Of a stretch of 64,000 bases of DNA, positions 12,464 through 26,615 are shown piece by piece. Location: the NCBI RefSeq assembly GCF_006345805.1, contig NC_043003.1, positions 43,152,001 to 43,216,000 of the forward strand, given 5' to 3'. The DNA comes from Octopus sinensis (Eukaryota). The notes under the pieces were generated by a model. The model was not told the origin of the DNA. It saw only the letters and a program-made list of their open reading frames with translations, and made no database searches. Numbering within the stretch: position 1 is the stretch's first letter; the number at the start of each line of letters is the position of its first letter. The translations under genes were made by a program, and so were the position numbers.

Positions 12464-12760
12464 AATATTTTTCTTTTGCCCTTGTTTATAAGTTGTTTAT
12501 AATTTTAACCTTTAAAGGTATTTTAATATGCTGCCACTTTTTGATGGAAATCTTTTTCTGAAAAAAAAACCTTCATCTTATATTAGTAGTAGTATTAGTA
12601 GTAGTAGTATTATCAATTCAACTTAAATTATACCATTTAGAAAAAAATTACATCGTATAGAAAAATTGATATACGATAAAAACATATAACAATGATTAAG
12701 TAATGTGCAATATAATATATATATATATACATATATAGGTATATATACATATATATATAT

Positions 12761-12821
<61 letters not shown>

Positions 12822-12899
12822 GGAGTGTTCACGAAAAAAGACAAAAGACGAAGACAGGTGGTGTACAAATCAAGCAGATGTATTAGTATAACGCTCAGG

Positions 12900-13032
<133 letters not shown>

Positions 13033-13626
13033 ATATATATATATAATATATATATATACAGAGGCAGAGACAGAGAAAGAGGTAGAGAGAAACGAAAAAG
13101 AATTAGAGAGACGATAAGCACAATCACATAACCAAAACACAACACATCATGTCACCAAATATATCATTAATTAATTACCTTCAAACATTATAAATTGCCA
13201 TTCTATGTTATTTCATGACTTCATATACACCTTCAATTACGCCGAGATTAATATCAATATTAGGCTAAGTATTAAAGGAGAATGAATTCTATTCAAAGAG
13301 AAAGGAATGTTTTCTTAGATATATTGTTTCCTTGTTTTACAAGTTTTATATATTTAAATCTAGGATGTTATTAATTGTAATTCCTTTGTGGCATTTTTGC
13401 ATTTCCTACATATTGGAGGTCAGTTTAAATGATTACTTATTAATGGAAACTAATTAATTAAGTTAAAATAGAAAATGTTAAATTGCAATGAAATGATATG
13501 TATATAATAGCTGTAATATATATAGCACCATCTACATTTTCATAATATTTAATACAAGAGAAACTCTGTTTGACATCTGCATCAATTTTACATGCGATAA
13601 CAGATATTCAGCAAAACTCCGCATGT

Positions 13627-13928
13627 GGAGGCACATGGCCTAGTGGTTAGAGCAGCGGACTCACGGTCAAGGGATTGCAGGTTCGAATCTCAGAACAGAC
13701 GAGGTGTGTGTTTATGAGCGAAACACCTAAGCTTCACGTAGCTCCAGCAGAAGGTAATGGCGAAACTTCTGCTGATTCTTTCGCCACAAATTTCTCTCAC
13801 TCTTTCCTCTTGCATCTTGCAGCTCACCTGCGATGGACCGGCGTCCCGTCCTGGTGGGGAACTTATACGCCAAGGAAACCGGGAAACCGGCCCTTATGAG
13901 CCAGGCATGGCTCGAGAAGGAACAAACA
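13627..13928 (+). mobile_element. tRNA-derived SINE, family C (V-domain-like), full length with target-site duplication
   Basis: A box TGGCCTAGTGG and B box GGTTCGAATCT. The segment GCGATGGACCGGCGTCCCGTCC resembles the V-SINE domain. A 3' hairpin GAGCCA-GGCA-TGGCTC is present. The 14-bp TSD AAAACTCCGCATGT lies at 13613-13626 and 13929-13942. Confidence 0.88.
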
Positions 13929-14899
13929 AAAACTCCGCATGTCAGCAATGCCCGAACAAAAATAAATGCGTATTAAAAGATTTCGTTGCAATGGGGCATC
14001 TCGGAAAAGCCCGATTGACAGTTCTTTTGTGACAGTTGACTTTGTTTCGAATTAGTACATCCCGATAGTAACACAACAGGGGCAGCTTATCACTCTCAAA
14101 GCGTACGCTCTATAGATTTGTGCAAACGGAGAACATTTATCAACTCTATTAAATCGGCTGAGCTTTTGCAAACATTGCAGATAGTATAGCCCATGTTTGG
14201 CAAAGAACTAGAGTTTCATCAAAGAAATGAACTATGAAAAGAATAGCTTGGCAAAGAGTGACATCTGCTAACTGACCTTTTAATGCTCATCTACGCACCA
14301 TAATCCAATGCATGCCACGCCCATGTAGAGACTTTAGCAGGATATAGACAGCCTGAATAGTCGGACGAATATTTTCTCCTAGTGAAAATGCAAACGTTAT
14401 AATCTACTATGGGAGGTCTTACACAGATTGTGTAGTGCACTTGTCGTTTGTAATGTATTATTTGTTTGCGATATCTCTTGGCTAATTAAATAAGGATTAC
14501 TATTGTGTTTTACGTTCTGTAGTTAATTCCCATGAACTACTTAAAGACAAATCAAGTTCAGGTTTCAATAAAATGGACATGAACAATCTCCAGAGAATTT
14601 TTGGCCTTGTGTTTATATTAGACATTACAGATCGTTAGTGTGTCGGACAAAAGAACTTTTGATATGTAGAAATGGTGATGTGTTGGCAAAACTTTTGGAA
14701 CGCCGGAGAATCTCCACTGCGTTATTTATTCCAGTCCTTAACGTTCAAAACACGCTGAGTTCTAAATTGTCTTACATATCAATGGTATCGATAATAATAA
14801 AGTATTCCTCATACAATGACGCTAACAACACCCCAGCCCTCAAACTTGCTAGCCTTTTACATAACACAGAAATTATTATTATTATTATTATTATTATTG

Positions 14900-14998
14900 C
14901 ATTCATTCTTTCGGGAGTCGATAAATTTAGCACATGGGGTCGATCTAACCGACTGGCCCACTCAAAATTTCAGGCCTTGTGCCAATTGTAGAAAGGAC
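14900..14998 (+). mobile_element. SINE family A 3' fragment followed by (CTA)n
   Basis: TTCTTTCGGGAGTCGATAAATT..GGGGTCGATCTAACCGAC..TTTCAGGCCTTGTGCC..GTAGAAAGGA matches other family A copies. Confidence 0.7.
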
Positions 14999-15013
14999 TA
15001 CTACTACTACTCT

Positions 15014-15084
<71 letters not shown>

Positions 15085-15162
15085 TTTTATAATTATTGTT
15101 ATGATGAAAGCAGAATCGTTAACACGCTGGAAGAATTGCTTCGCGGTATTTCGCCCGTCAAA

Positions 15163-15550
15163 GGCGGCGAGCTGGCAGAAACGTTAGCACGGCGGACGAA
15201 ATGCTTAGCGGTATTTCGTCTGCGTTACGTTTTGAGTTCGAATTCCGCCGAGGTCGACTTTACCTTTCATCCTTTCGGGGTCGATAAATTAAGTACCAGT
15301 TACGCACTGGGGTCGATGTAATCGACTTAATACCTATGACTGTCCTTGTTTGTCCCCTCTGTGTTTAGCCCCTTGTGGGTAATAAAGAAATAGGTATTTC
15401 GCCCGTCATTACGTTCTGAAGTCAAATTCCACCGAGGTCGGCTTTACCTTTCATCCTTTCGCGGTCAATATATTAAGTACTAGTCAAGAACTGGGATTCA
15501 ATCGACTTGACCCCTTCCCACAAATTTCAGGCTTTGTATCTATAGTAGAA
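15163..15550 (+). mobile_element. SINE family A, head plus two tandem body units
   Basis: Head GGCGGCGAGCTGGCAGAAACGTTAGC and B-box-like GAGTTCGAATTCC. The body repeats with a period of 183 bp, starting at GGTATTTCG (15210 and 15393). Confidence 0.9.
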
Positions 15551-15570
15551 AGGATTATTATTATTATTAT

Positions 15571-15820
15571 GGCCCCGAGTTGGCAGAATTGGTGGCGCAT
15601 TCGACATAAGTTTTTGCAGCAATTCTCGCTACCGTCAGGTGAAATTATGCCTAGGCCGACTTTGCAATTCATCGTCTCGGAGTTCATAAAATGCGTGCCA
15701 GTTCAGCACTGGGGTCGATATAATCGATTTACTGCCTCTCCTCGAAGTAAATTTGCTTGTGCTATTGGCCTTTTGATATTGTCCTCAATTTTCAGGGCCC
15801 TTGTGGCCAATAAAAAAATC
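15571..15820 (+). mobile_element. SINE family A (diverged)
   Basis: GAGTTGGCAGAAT..GCCGACTTTGC..CAGCACTGGGGTCGATATAATCGA. Confidence 0.65.
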
Positions 15821-16399
15821 ACCATCATCATCATCGATATTGTTGTTGTTGTTTTTGTTGTTATTATAGCTGCTATTGTTGTTGTTGTTATCATGCTTTC
15901 AACTGTTTTATGCCAGTTTCTGAAGTAGTATTGTTGCACCATTAATTTTCTGAGGTCTGTGCATCATTATCCATTGGTAATGTAGAATTGTGTTTATGTA
16001 CTACTTAAGTTTCATTGTATTAAAGGATTTGTTTTGATGTCTTTTCGTATTATTTACGTGTTTCGGCTGTGTCTGCTTTGCGGTTTATGTTATAGTATTG
16101 GGTGATAGCTTTGCAGAATGAGAGTTGTTGGTGTTATAGTGTCTGGTATCGATTACGTAAGAATATATTCTGTGTTGTTTTATTGGTTGGTGAATGAGTA
16201 GAACAAGAGCTGTATTATATTGTTTGGTCGATGTTGATTCTTTAGTGTGTGTATTGTGTGGGTTGTAGTTATTTGGGTATTTTATTCGGTAGGTATATAA
16301 CAACAGAAACACTACAGCAACGGCAGTAGCATCACCATCAACACCACCACCGCCAACAACAACAACAACAGCAATAGCAACAAGAAGAAAATATTATTA

Positions 16400-16449
<50 letters not shown>

Positions 16450-17499
16450 GTTATTATTGAAAGAACTGCGTTAAAAACGGTCAGGCCCGAATGCATATTA
16501 CACAATGACAATGAAAGAACAATTGATTCCATCTTTTCCCGACCTTTTATCAGCACGACGAAACAATATGACCTCGTCATTTCTGGCTGAACAGCCTTTG
16601 CAAATTCAGACTATTATACACAGACACGATCAAATTAGTAGCTTTGTCTACAGGGTAATGCCCGAATTTTCGACGTGTTAACAGAGAAGATGCTGTTTAT
16701 ATAACAAGCATGGTATATGACAACGATTTGGCTACGTTAATTTAGGAGGTGAGTATCTTTTATATTGAAAGGTTTTATTCAAGTTAACTATTAGCTGTCG
16801 AAGCCGTATGTGAAATAAAATTTCATACTAAGCTTATCTTATGCATCCTGAAAAAAATCTATATTAAAAAAGTAAAAATAGTGAATTTGTAAATAAGCAT
16901 TACTATTTTAACATTTCATTTATTGTTTTCGAAATTGTATGACTACTAGGTTTTAAAGGTAGATGTAATTATATTAAAGCAGTGTTTAAACGTAGTGATA
17001 AGGAATATAAAAACGTCGTTTTAAAGTCTGGAAGAAGTTAAAAAGATAAGTTTTAAATAAAATCTAGAAACACATTTCCTTGTAAAGTCATTTTTTCCCT
17101 AAGCGCTTCTTAAAATCTTAAGTTTTCAGTGAGGAATTTCATAAACTGTAGCCTTTACACTGTAGGCTTTACACAGTTCTGACAGAGAAGCAGATCAAGA
17201 TAAAATTATAAGATACATTCAATGAAGATGAATACGAGTGTCGTTGCATACTAATAAGTACCTTAGTAAATTTATGCATTGCACAATGTGGTATAAGAAA
17301 TCAAATTAAATTCCAAGTTATGATAAACAACATGAACGAAATATAAACCTACCACACCATTTTGTACCGTTCTATCCACAAATACGAACGTTCGATATTC
17401 GATACAACCAGTTCTTCAAACTGGTATCTTCCAGTTACGAAAAAATATATATATAAAGTGAACATTTTTGCACAACACCATATTTATTTCAATTTTCGG

Positions 17500-17656
17500 C
17501 ACAACGCCAGCAATTTAGTACTTATATTTTTGACCCTGAAAGGATGAAAGGTAAAGCCGATCATGGAGGCTTTTGAATTCAGAACGTAAATCTGGAAGAA
17601 ATGCCGTTATGCATTTTAACCGGCGTGCTAACTATTGTACCATCTCGCAAGCCTTG
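17500..17656 (-). mobile_element. SINE family A (diverged, partial)
   Basis: GACCCTGAAAGGATGAAAGGTAAAGCCGA..GAATTCAGAACGTAA is the reverse complement of the family A body. Confidence 0.7.
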
Positions 17657-18559
17657 AAACTTCTACAAGACTCATCAGCCTATATTATTTCACATACAAC
17701 ATATATTCTACGGAAATTGTTCTCAAGCTTTTGTTGATCAGTGTATCCGGTGCTGGAGTAACATTTTACGAGTACCTGTATGAGCGATTTGCAATAAAAA
17801 ATTAAGATATATAGAGTATATCATTTTAATGAAACAGCTAATTTGGTACAGTGATTTATTATAATATGACCGTATAGTAACCTCTTCAACAAATGACTCA
17901 TTATGAATATTTGTACGGAGTTGTGACACCTATGTTAAATTTTTATGGAAATTCCTAAAGAAGCCAATGATTTATATAACAAAATTATAGTGAATCATAA
18001 CGCATTATTAGTCACTTCTCAGCTTACTGATAACAGAATACCCTATTCCTTTTCCAATTTCGATGAATAGTTCTACGAAATAATGTTTAGAATAAAGTAT
18101 TAAAACAGGTTTAAAATATTTCACATTTTCAGCAAAAATTTCAAGTCCTATAATAACTCGCTGCCCACCCCCACTACGAAGCACCTCCTTGATGTTTATT
18201 GCCAACTTCTGAGCTTACACAACCCCACAGAGGAATCTACCACCCAGAGTTAAAGCACTGCTACTAAACACAAGCATCACTCACACTATGACACGAAATG
18301 CAATTATACAAGACATACAAAACACAGTCTTCACACAATGAAATACCAGAAATCACTTTGAAGATGAAACACTGAAGTAACACAACTACCACAACAAAAC
18401 CCTTCAACAAATCAAAACATATGTAGCAAAACAACAGAAATATACACAGAAAGACAGTATTACATACACCTGAGGGACGCTGTGTGCACCTGATGGTACA
18501 CTAGGAATTCGCGAGAAAATGTTGTAAACATGATGGTGTTGTTGTTGTTTTGCATCTTG

Positions 18560-18731
18560 GTGATGATGACGATGATGATGATGATGATGATGTGATGTTT
18601 CTGATGAAGATGGTGATGTTGAGGATAATGATAATAATAATGATGATGATAATAATAATAATAACAATAATAATAATAATAATATATAATAATAATAATA
18701 TAATAATATAATAATAATGATGATGATGACG

Positions 18732-18825
<94 letters not shown>

Positions 18826-18960
18826 GAAGACAACGACGACGACGACGAAGTAGAAGAAGGTAAAGAGAAAGAAAAAGAAGAAGAAGAGGAGGAAGAAGAA
18901 GAAGAAGATTAAGTGGGACAAGTAGAAGAAGAAGAAGAAGAAAAAGAAGGTTAATAGTGA
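18560..18960. repeat. Compound (GAT)n/(AAT)n/(GAA)n microsatellite
   Basis: Visible directly in the sequence. Confidence 0.95.
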
Positions 18961-21262
18961 TTTATTTAAGAAAAATATTGACATTAATGTCGACGATGAT
19001 GGTGATGATAATGATGATAGCGATGACGATGATGATGATTACTCATGGCGAATGTCGAGAGTGATGCCGATGAAAGAGAAGAAATAAGTCGGAAACGAAG
19101 AAATGCTAGTAGGAAAATGAGAAATCCAAAACAAACAAAAATATAAACAAAACATACAAATAAACAAACAAACAAACAGACAATAAATAAATAAATAAAT
19201 AAATAAGAGAAAGAAAACCTGATTCAGAATCAGAAGGGAAAATAAAAACCAAACATACTGATCAAAGAGTTTGCAAACTCTATTTACTTTGTTCTTTCTT
19301 TTTCTGATATTCCTTATTTCATTAAGGAATAAAAGAGAAATGAAAAGAAAGACAAAAACGGTTGGAATAAGAAAACGAATGAAAACAGAGAGACATTGGA
19401 AATGAAATCAAAGGAGGTGGTATCTCAGCAAAAAGCATCAAGCCGTGAGTTGATCAGAGGAAACGGATTCCATCTGTATTTTACCGCCGAATTTACCGTC
19501 ATTAATTGAAACGGAGGTAACACAGATGGGGATGTAAGGTTACAGGAATTGTGGTGGTGATGGTGCTATAATAGTTGCTGTTGTTGGTGTTTGTATTAGT
19601 GGTGGTGGTGTTGGAGAGAGGTGTTGGTGTGTTAGTGAGGTCGTTAAAGGTGCTTTCAGTGTTATTAGTCGCTGCCGTGTGTCGATGTTTTGATTTTGTT
19701 AGTCTTGATGTTGGTATATGTTTCAAGATGTCGGCGGTGATGATTGAGTAATGTGCTGTCGGAGTTAGTATAATATTGGTGATATTTTTGTTGTTTTTAC
19801 TTGTTTAAACAGAACTCGGTCCTCATTGGGAGAGCTTAGAATCAAATGCATTCCAGCCGTGACCATTCCATCTTCGTAAAGACAAAATAATTCCTACTAC
19901 ATTATCTAATGTGTCTTTTTAAAACATCGGTGTGTGCTATGAGAAAGATTTGACTGATTTTTCTGTGATAGATTTGTTAATAGACTTGTAGCCTGAAACA
20001 GTTCTGTGATTTAGAGATAAGATGATGTGGGTTAATGAAGTAAAGCATTATCCTTTCAAGAAAATTGAGGGTGTGTATAAAAAGGTAACAAGTCTCTGTA
20101 AGCTTACTAAAATCTTTTTTTTTTTTTGTGGGTGGGGGTGTCTAAAACTGATATAATCTTGCCTAGCTTTCGGATTATAGGAATTTGACAGTAGTTGTAC
20201 ATGCTGCTAATTTCAGTGATTCATTAAGTTCCTGGGTATTTAGGTGAATCTGTGATTTTTTTTTAATGGAGATTTACAGTTGTTAAATTCTTCATGTACC
20301 GCGGAAGGCAGTGTTTTAGGATGTAATTGTAGTTAAGCCTAGGATGTGTACTTAAATGTTTGGATCGTTTCTTCATGCTGGCCCTTGGATATGAAGCATG
20401 CTGGAGTTGTAAACTGCGCACCTTATGTCAAGACGTTTTCTGATTTAAGGACTTTTGATTTAGTGGATAGATGATGTGAGTAAAAGCCATTTGTAATATA
20501 GTGCATAGTTTTGTATAATCTTAGTACTTTGTTATTGTCTGACACAAGCAAATAGCCCTGATCTTTCTCGTATTAGAAGGTATGCACTATCTACATTTTT
20601 GTTTGGTTTTAATAGAATGATTTTCTCGAGATTTCGGATAAGTTTTTAAAACTATTGTTCTTGTACACTGTAGCGGCTTGCAGGCAATTCACACTGGAGA
20701 TTGCATAGTATTGCACAGCAGGTATGTTACTTAAAATTGTTGTTATGAAATGGAGGGTATCATGACTTCATTCTTCGGTAGTTGTGCCAAAATAATATAA
20801 CTTAAAGCTAGTTATTGTGTTGAAGTTGTACATTCACTTTTACTGTTTTCCTTGTTTTTTGTTTTAAATTCTATTCAGTATATTATTTTTTTTTTGCTAT
20901 ATTATATTTAGTCGTTTCCTGCTGGGTTATATGTCGGTTGCGGTATATTATTTATAAAGCTGTCTGTAGTTTTTATGATGTTGGATATTTCTCATGTAAT
21001 ATTGGGTGTATGCTTTTCAGATGCCAATGTGATACTGTTTTAAATTCTGACAATCTTAATACTATTGGTTGGAGGAAGAAATACCTTTGTGCTAATATGA
21101 AGTGTGTAAAAGTGATTTTGCTGCCTTGAGTCATGTCTTTATGCAGAAAGGTGATACCCGACTAGTGATCCGAGGAGATTTAAGCAATTGTTAAGATTCA
21201 TAAGTTAGTGAGGAACAGTTGTCTTAGTTAGCTTGTGCATTTGTGTGTTGGTGTGAATTGTA

Positions 21263-21658
21263 TACTCTTTTACTTGTTTCAGTCATTTGACTGCGGCCAT
21301 GCTGGAGCACTGCTTTTAGTCGAGCAAATCGACCCCAGGACTTATTCTTTGTACTTATTCTATCGGTCTCTTTTGCCGAACAGCTAAATTACGGGGACGT
21401 AAACACACAAGCATCGGTTATCAAGCGATGTTGGGGGGATAGAAACAGATACACAAACACAAACACACACATACATATATACATATACATATATATGATG
21501 GGCTTCTTTCACTTTCCGTCTACCAAATCCACTCACAAGGCTTTGGTCGGCCCGAGGCTATAGTAGAAGTCTCTTGCCCAAGGTGACACACAGTAGGACT
21601 GAACCCGGAACCATGTGGTTGGTAAGGAAGCTACTTACAACACAGCCACTCCTGCGCC
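21263..21658 (-). mobile_element. SINE family B, full length
   Basis: Head GGCGCAGGAGTGGCTGTG, CORE-like CACCTTGGGCAAG, internal TA/TG microsatellite, 3' hairpin CAGTCA-AA-TGACTG, and an AAAAGAGTA tail. Confidence 0.9.
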
Positions 21659-21750
21659 TATATGATATAAAAGGAATGTACATTAAATCACATCACTTGT
21701 CTTGTTATCTACAATATTGATTTCAAATTTTGGTGCTAGGCCTGCAACAC

Positions 21751-22171
21751 CAGGGGCTATTGACACACTTTCTGTGACCTATCAGTATTTGAAAGGGAAG
21801 CCATCCTCCCAATCGTCGACCTGACGTGATACGCACGGACCCGGGTTTCTGCATATTTACTCGTTGTCAGCGCACCACAATCACGGGCTTCGATGCGAAG
21901 GGGTCCCAATGCTAATACATTTATCATTTTTCCAGTGACGAAAAGACACTGATCTGGAAAAAGTGTAAACAAGCAATAATAAATCTCTGAACGAGGTATA
22001 ATCTCTGAACGAGGTATAAACAGTATAAATGACCGGTGGTTGTCGTGCGCTGACGACGGGTAAATATTCAGAAACCCGGGTCCGTGCGTATCACGTCAGG
22101 TCGAAGATGGGAAGGATGGCTTCCCTTTGCAAATACTGATAGGTCACATAAAGTGTGTCAATAGCCAGCTG
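21751..22171. mobile_element. MITE/foldback-type non-autonomous DNA transposon with about 130-bp terminal inverted repeats
   Basis: 21755-about 21885 is the reverse complement of about 22033-22166 (GGCTATTGACACACTT...AAGTGTGTCAATAGCC). There is no coding capacity and no clear TSD. Confidence 0.8.
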
Positions 22172-22250
22172 GAGATGTTCTCCTGAGGCTACAAGCTACA
22201 GTAGCATCCACCCTTAGTGGTTAGCCACATTTAAGTGGCAAATAAACTTC

Positions 22251-22296
<46 letters not shown>

Positions 22297-22315
22297 ACAC
22301 ACACACACACACGCA

Positions 22316-22355
<40 letters not shown>

Positions 22356-22829
22356 CATATATTGTTTTATTCTTAATTTTAGACATTAAACTGCCACCAT
22401 GCTGTAATATCAGCTTGGAAGGATCAGTCTATGGAACTGACGTCGGTAAATATTTTGAATCCTGTAAAAAAATCCCGACTGCTGCGTTATAGTATTGCAA
22501 ACAGAACATCGTTTGTTAGGTAGTGGCAAATATACACAAAGAGGCACACAATATATACATAGATTCACAGGCATAGGCCATTATACATAATTATATAAAC
22601 ACACACAAGAACGCACGCGTGCGCGCACATATGACTCACACAGCATTAGTCGGCTTGGGGTATATTTTTTATTCATTTATATATTTCCTTTCAGTCATGC
22701 CACTGAGGTCATGCTGGAGCACCACTATATAGTAGATTATATTTGATTAAGATGCTACAGAGTGTGACGAAACCCGAAAGCATGTAGTTATAACGTAAAC
22801 GTCTTAACCAAACAGCCAACACTGTTCTA

Positions 22830-22850
22830 TCTGTCTATCTATCTATCTAC

Positions 22851-22922
<72 letters not shown>

Positions 22923-23005
22923 TCATCTATCTATCCGTCTATCTATCTATCTCTCTATCTCTCTATCTCTCTATCTCTCTATCTATCTATCTGTCTGTCT
23001 GTCTA
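22830..23005. repeat. (CTAT)n tetranucleotide microsatellite
   Basis: Visible directly in the sequence. Confidence 0.95.
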
Positions 23006-23914
23006 TATATTTATCTACATATGTTCGTTATTTGAATGAGTTTTGTCTTGTTATTTATACTTACAAAGCTGACATTTCTCGTTAAGTGGTAGTACCCCAT
23101 ACATTTACAAATGCTATTGGCAATACTTGTTTTTCAATGCAAAGTCTTATCTATGTCATAACATCGCTGTTTTAAAAGGGCTTGCGTAGCGTTGTTTATG
23201 TATATTTAGGAAAACTTGATATTTGGTGTTACTGATGCAATTCGTTAGTTCTATAAAAGTGATTTTAATGCCTTTAAGTATTGTATGGAACAGTTTATAT
23301 ATATTTTTATTTAATGTTTACAAATTTTCTTTCTTCTGCAAACCATTGATTGCTTCAGTATATTGGGTGTGCATCTTTGTTTCATGATTTTATCATAGCT
23401 GGTGTCGGTATTATTAATGTTGTAATACCTATTTTCTGGAATTTTATACACCTTGTTCTTTTAATGTTTCTGTGCGTACTTTAAAGGTGTTTTAGAGAAG
23501 TATTAGATTCGCATAGAATTGTAGCCAATGTCATTTTCTGATAATTTTCATAAGTTATGAAAGCTATCTCTCTTTGTTAAGAATACATATAACAGACGAA
23601 ATTGTTGTGGAGACATTCCGAACTTTTTTGTATTTATATTCGGTGTGAGTTAATTCTCTATGGTTAATTATTTGAAAACATTAGGGTTTTATTTGATGAA
23701 AATTTAGCTGTAATTTCTTGGACATCGAGGAATACCAATAGTTAGGGGTTAATGCAGTGATTGTGGTGCTGTTGGCGATAGTTGTGATGATTATGAGGTA
23801 ATGAGGATGAAGATGACATGTTGTGATGATGATGATGATGATGATGACAATGATGGTTACGATAAATATGAGGGTATTGATGATGCTGTCATAACGATGC
23901 CAATAATATTAGTT

Positions 23915-24124
23915 TCAAATGTTGGCACACGGCCAGCAATTTTGAGAGAGGGATTAAGTCGATTAGATCGCCCCCAGTGTTAAACTGGTATTTATTTTAT
24001 CAACCCAACGAGGATGAAATGCAACGTTGACTTCGGCGGAATTTGAACTCAGAACGGGAAGACGTATTAAATGCCTCGAAGCATTTTGACGGGTGTCCTA
24101 ATGACACTGCCAGCTCGCCGCCTT
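23915..24124 (-). mobile_element. SINE family A
   Basis: Ends GCCAGCTCGCCGCC (reverse complement of the head) and contains GGAATTTGAACTCAGAAC. Confidence 0.8.
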
Positions 24125-26213
24125 CACGATGCCAAATATATTAAGATGCTGAAGATGACTCTATAACGCTCGTTTTCTGTTATTTTTTATTCCCTATTTA
24201 AATCTCATCGAGTAACCTCTGATTTGATACATTTCAGATGTGACTATTATGTGTAAGTTGAATTATCTTATTTAATTTGTCCTAATCGTATTAAATTTCG
24301 TAGTTTGTGTGTTTTAACAGAGATTTGGACGCTGTTCCTAACATTTCCGTGACCTTATTGACTCGCCGCTCTTTACTCATTACTTGCTGTAGTTGTGAAG
24401 GACGCGGTTATGGTGACGTTGCTGATGTTAGCTGTGAAGTCAGTAGCTCTGAGGACTGCAGCAATTGTGGTGGTGTTGGTGCTAGAAGTGATTACGATAG
24501 TGGCGTTGGGGATGATATTATTGGTAGTGGTGTAATTATTGGCAGTAAAGGTGGGATGTCGGAGGTGTTTATGGTGGTGGTGGTGGTGGTGGTCTTAGTA
24601 ATAGAAGAGGATCCGATAGTGTTTTGTTCGTGGTGGACAACGTAGTATTGTTGGCGGTTAGTATGAGTGTGCTGGTGGGAGATGTGTTTGTGGTGTAGTC
24701 TCAATGGCTGTTCTTGAGGAGGTAATTATGGTAGCGGTGTTGGTACTGCTTGTGAAGGCCGTAGTATTTGTATATTTGTTACACTGGTCCGTGTAATGGT
24801 GTGGGTGTTGGTAGCCGGGCTGGTTGTGCTTGCAGAAGTGACTTCTATATAGTGGAAGTTGACCTCACGGAGATGGCTGTAATAATGGTGAGGACGGAAA
24901 CTGAAGTAATTATACAGGTGGAGGTGTTTATGGTGGTAGAATATCTGTTGCTGTTCGCGGTGGTGGCGTTAGTCGTGTTTGAGATAATGGTAATGAGGAA
25001 GTCAATAATGATAAAGCTTAATGTTGCTCTGATAGTAGTGATAATTTACTGATGCTGATGTTGGAGATAATGGTGGTGGTGGTGGTGGTGGTGGTATAGT
25101 TGGTATTATTTTGACTGGTGGTGGTGGTGGTTCTGTTATTGGTTGTAGAGGCGATGGAGAAAGTGAGGTTGACAACATAGAACTTGGTGGTAATTATGAA
25201 GATGTCGGCGGTTGTAGCAGTAACTGTGAAGTTGCTGCGAGATGATAATTCGCAAAGTAATAGTTGGTGGCCAGCACTGGCGATGGTGGCAGCGGTATGC
25301 ACGTAGAGGTGATGGTGGCACACGTAGTAGTTGTGGTATCATTGGCAACCAGTGAGTGCAAAGTTGGCCTGGGCAACATAATTTGATTAAACTGAAATAC
25401 AAAAGAAGTATAAGGAAAAAAAAAAGGAGAAAAAAATAGATAAAAAGAAACGAAACGGCAATCACATTTCAAACACACAGGAAATGAATAAAATAAAATA
25501 AATATATTGAAAGAGGATGCAACATTTCAATGTAACATACTTTAACTGATCACGGGCAGATGGCTAAGTAGAAATAAAAAAAAGAAATACACAGTCACGC
25601 AGAAAAACATATATCACCCCTCCCCAACAAATGAAAAAGAATATAAGCAAACAAACAAATGTAAATATAAATTAGAAAGCTATTCTTTGAAAAAACTCGA
25701 AGTTAACCTTTAAAAATATATTGTTAAGACAAGCATTTCTTCAGCTTTTTGGTTCAGCCAGTCAGATGTAATTTTAATGATATTTTGTGAAAGTGACAGA
25801 ATGTTGAAAACAACATCATCATCATCGTCATCAACATGACCATGACCAACAACAACAATGATGGCGATACTGATAAAAGTATTAACGATGATTATGATTA
25901 TCTTGACTAAGATGATGATCAATGATGATGACGGTGGTGGTGGTGGTGGTGGTGGTGGTGATGGTGATGGTGGTGGTGATGATGATTATGATGATGATGA
26001 TGATGATGTCGGTGGTGATGACGCCAGCTATTTCTTTATTTGCAACGAGGGTTATACAGATATAAAATATTTAAATAAACGAGTGAAGAAAAATATAGCT
26101 TAGTAAGAATGAAATAAAGTTTCATGTTGTGTGTGTGTGTGTGTGTTTGTGTATGTGTGTGCGCGCGTATGTGTGTGTGTGTGCGTGTGTGTGTGTGTGC
26201 ATGTGCGCAGTTA

Positions 26214-26615
26214 TACTCTTTACTCTTTTTTATTCTTTTACTTGTTTCAGTCATTTGACTGCGGCAATGCTGGAGCACCGCCTTTCGTCGAGCAAATGAA
26301 CCCGAGGACTTATTCTTTATAATCCTAGTACTTATTCTGTCGGTCTCTTTTGCCGAACCGCTAAGTTACGGGTACGCAAACACACCACCATCGTGTTGTC
26401 AAGCGATGTTGGCGGACAGACACACAAACATACACACACACACATATATATACGATGGGCTTCTTTCAGTTTCCGTCTACCAAGTCCACTCACAAGGCTT
26501 TGGTCGGCCCGAGGCTATAGCAGAAGACACTTGCTCAAGGCACCACGCAGTGGGACTGAACCCGAAACCATGTGGTTGGTAAGCAAGCTATTTACTAAAT
26601 AGCCACCCCTTCGCC
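26214..26615 (-). mobile_element. SINE family B, full length
   Basis: Collinear with 21263-21658. Confidence 0.9.

Noticed and set aside
17126-17178. Possible terminal exon on the minus strand (xLCKAYSVKATVYEIPH*) behind a good acceptor
   Set aside because: It is built from a 14-bp tandem duplication, has no recognisable homology and has no linked upstream exon.
19266-19281. Perfect 16-bp palindrome AGAGTTTGCAAACTCT after CTGATCA
   Set aside because: There is no GAAA half, so it is not a hammerhead, and a lone palindrome is otherwise uninformative.
20060-20720. GT-skewed stretch that might be a very old retroelement ORF on the minus strand
   Set aside because: No diagnostic motif could be recovered in any frame.
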